From NCBI GenBank assembly GCA_963691875.1, contig OY829846.1, positions 928,001 through 992,000 on the forward strand: a stretch of 64,000 nt of DNA, given 5' to 3'. The notes below the pieces were generated by a model, which was not told where the DNA came from, did not search any database, and was given only the letters and a program-made list of their open reading frames with translations. Source of the stretch: Aureliella sp. Its GTDB lineage: Bacteria > Planctomycetota > Planctomycetia > Pirellulales > Pirellulaceae. The position numbers were made by a program, and so were the translations under genes. Positions 61,610-64,000 of this stretch are shown here, piece after piece (position 1 is the first letter of the stretch; each line of letters starts with the position of its first letter).

Positions 61610-63175
61610 CTAGCGGCGCCCGTCTCTCGTTGCTGTCACACGAAACATTCCGCCTCCGAACGAGCCTCCCATACCGCCCATACCACCTGCACCTTTTAAT
61701 GTGCCCTCACCGAATTGAATCTTGACGAGCAGTTCTGCAATCTGCCGATGGACCTTCTCACTCTGCCGAATCACGAGAACTGAGTAGGGCACCGTTATGG
61801 CTGCACCAGATTTAATATCTATATCCGCCGTTCCAACCCAAGATTTTAGGACTTGGATCTCGCCAACGCTTTCGGGATTCTGCTCAGATTTCCAAACTAA
61901 CGGGTCGGTTAGCTTGGGCAACTCGGTTTGCAACTCCTCAGCGACATCAGTTGGTACACGATAGAAACGTCTCGAGACGATGTCTTCTTTCTTCTCCTGC
62001 TGACGTGGCACTGAGTTCTTGAGAGCAACTCGATAGTTTTCGAGCAGGGTCAGCGTCTTATCTTGCATTTGCTGAGTGTGGTAAACGACCATCACACCTG
62101 GCTTTACGAATTCGATCACGCCCAACCCTCCGTTTTCCATCCAATCTTGCGGCACAGTTTGCTGAACAATAGCCTGTGCCAGAGCAAGATTTTCCCTATC
62201 ATCGCGACACAGGTCTCGGACATCGTAAACCGCAGTGTGATACTCGAGCAGATCCTCCGTAGTCATCTCGAGCAAACCGTTGCGTAGCTGCCATGTGAGA
62301 TCCAGGTCACGACCAATCAAATCGAGCGCGAGACGCAGGGGCTGAGCCTCCAGCTTCAGGCTCATTGGCTGCCGCGCCCGCACTCCTACTTGACGAAGAG
62401 CGCGAGAACTAAGAACGATTGACGCACCGGACTCCTCACCAAGTTGGGCTACAACATCGGAAAGCGGCACGTTGGTAAAAGAGGCGTCCACTTTTGACTC
62501 GGTGAGCTTTCGCAAGTCCTCGTGGACTGGCGTTTCAAGGATAAACGTCCTTCGTCCAAACCCTGCGAAAGCAGCGAGCGTACCTTTGATTTTGCGATGA
62601 TTCAGAGGTGTTTGTCGGACGAACATGACATCCCCCAGCAGGATGATATTGCCTTCGCCGCCGACTTGATCCCAGCTGTCAGGTTCGATAGTCTGCTGAA
62701 GTGTGTTGATGACACGATCAGCCGAGAAGCCCTGATCAATCAACTTGCCGATATTGAGTTGTTTGGTCTCCAAATACCCGCTATCCACCGACTCCAGCTG
62801 GATAATGCCATCACCGAATCGCCAGCTCACGTTGATGCCAATCAATCGATCCAATAGAAGATGAAGCGGCTCCTCTCTCAGTGAAACGGTGACTAGTTCG
62901 CTCGGAAGAATCCCTTGTTCATCCAACGAGACTTGGTTCAGGATGACAGGTATGGCGACTTGAGTTTGCAGCCACTGGGCTACTTCCGAAAGTGACGCCT
63001 CCTCGAAGGCGACCGTCGCCGTTCTATCCAAGCCTGAGCCAATGACGACCGCTGGGTCTATTGAAGTCGGGCCATCCACAATCTCGACCAACTTGACAGC
63101 AGGCTGATCTTGCCCAATCGTGGTCGAGCAAAAGAGGCAAAGGGCAATAGCGATGGACCGGGTTGTTACGTACAT
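61610..63175 (-). CDS. Exported protein with repeated STN/secretin-N-like modules and no beta-barrel
   Basis: Start MYVTTRS with signal peptide; repeats FEEASLSEV/FTNVPLSDV; TIEPDSWDQVGG, TVPQDWMENGG, LVIRQSEKVHRQIAELL; GGM-rich tail. Confidence 0.7.
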   Translation of the reverse strand: MYVTTRSIAIALCLFCSTTIGQDQPAVKLVEIVDGPTSIDPAVVIGSGLDRTATVAFEEASLSEVAQWLQTQVAIPVILNQVSLDEQGILPSELVTVSLREEPLHLLLDRLIGINVSWRFGDGIIQLESVDSGYLETKQLNIGKLIDQGFSADRVINTLQQTIEPDSWDQVGGEGNIILLGDVMFVRQTPLNHRKIKGTLAAFAGFGRRTFILETPVHEDLRKLTESKVDASFTNVPLSDVVAQLGEESGASIVLSSRALRQVGVRARQPMSLKLEAQPLRLALDLIGRDLDLTWQLRNGLLEMTTEDLLEYHTAVYDVRDLCRDDRENLALAQAIVQQTVPQDWMENGGLGVIEFVKPGVMVVYHTQQMQDKTLTLLENYRVALKNSVPRQQEKKEDIVSRRFYRVPTDVAEELQTELPKLTDPLVWKSEQNPESVGEIQVLKSWVGTADIDIKSGAAITVPYSVLVIRQSEKVHRQIAELLVKIQFGEGTLKGAGGMGGMGGSFGGGMFRVTATRDGRR

Positions 63176-63889
63176 TCTGTTCCGTCCTACCGAAAAGCTA
63201 AGGCTGTTGAAAGAATTTCGCTTAATTGAATTTGGATCGCTCACCTGCGCAAACGAAGAAAGAGACCGAAGGCCAGCATGACAAGAGAATCAGGCTCCAG
63301 ATCAATTCCGTCTGCAAGTGACCTGCCAGAAGCAGCTTAAGCTATTTTACCAACAGCAAATTGGATGCCAATTTTTGAGACCAGATATTCATAGACTGGA
63401 ATCCCACCTCATAGTAGCGTGTGGTGCAGATTGCTACGGGTGGAAGTGAGATTGGTCACCGATGTAGCAAAACACTACGTGCTGAAAAGTAGGCTCTCCC
63501 AAAACTGCGGTGACCTCACCAAACTGACGCTTATACTCCATGTAATCTTACAGTTGGAACCTCGACCAACGAGACGCAGACACTCCCAAGCAACATGCTG
63601 AGGACGCTGTCACGAAGTTAGTAGCCGACTGGGCTCCCGCAATTCATGGTATGTGCCATGACACAGCGTACGAGCGATGACATTAAGGACGGGCGAAACG
63701 CACGCAGCGTCAGCAGTACTGCAATGTTGACGTGCATCGGGTTAGAACTATTCACAACGACAAACATTTGCATGGTTTGTAAAAGACGCCAACTTTAATG
63801 CCCCGAATTGAAGCTCCGGTAAGCATTACTTGGAGCCCCCTAATAGACTAACAATCGCCCGAAACACCGATCTACAACTGGCTTTCGCG

Positions 63890-64000
63890 ATGACATTCGC
63901 CCAACTGTCAAAATCAGCAAAACGCAAGCTATCGTATGCCAACTCCTTTTACTGGATAGCAGCGATCGTCGTTCCAACGCTGCTGAATCTTATCCCCAGT
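63890..64000 (+). CDS. Possible membrane protein, truncated by the window end
   Basis: Open frame MTFAQLSKSAKRKLSYANSFYWIAAIVVPTLLNLIPS runs to the edge of the window. Confidence 0.4.
   Translation, partial: MTFAQLSKSAKRKLSYANSFYWIAAIVVPTLLNLIPS

Noticed and set aside
63250..63880. Gene-free stretch near the window end
   Set aside because: I found no convincing ORF, repeat or RNA structure by eye.

Overview
A 64-kb bacterial chromosomal window that is very probably from a planctomycete (Pirellulaceae-like). This is inferred from gene content: Cys-type sulfatases, PVC-type CxxCH heme proteins, DUF1552/DUF1587 remnants, barrel-less secretin-N proteins and a planctomycete-type tyrosine integrase. 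Family assignments come from motif recognition by eye, with no database searches. Core genes are tdk, tRNA-Arg(ACG), efp/epmB, class II fba, ppk2, pabA/pabB, two tandem purine nucleoside phosphorylases, a Tas-like aldo-keto reductase and UDP-glucuronate decarboxylase. Between tdk and tRNA-Arg (~3.1-11.7 kb) lies a decaying genomic island. It holds a frameshifted integrase, a nonsense-interrupted PEP-CTERM gene, an IS256 end, a 5x17-bp tandem repeat, a deletion-fused gene and a DUF1552 remnant, but keeps two intact exported beta-propeller genes. The right half is rich in envelope functions: fasciclin/ECF sigma/RskA, a MoxR-DUF58-DUF4350-DUF4129 operon with a very large disordered protein, a CBM9-bestrophin-GSDH/cytochrome operon, a CrtI/CrtN desaturase and a zinc metalloprotease. 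The best candidates for undescribed biology are (i) a three-gene cluster of a barrel-less secretin-N scaffold, an exported 7-EF-hand/P-domain protein and a Tat-like thiol-dioxygenase cupin, (ii) a ~145-nt candidate sRNA upstream of tdk with two UGCCCC-loop hairpins and a terminator, and (iii) tandem PNPs that differ at the Asn/Asp base-specificity position.
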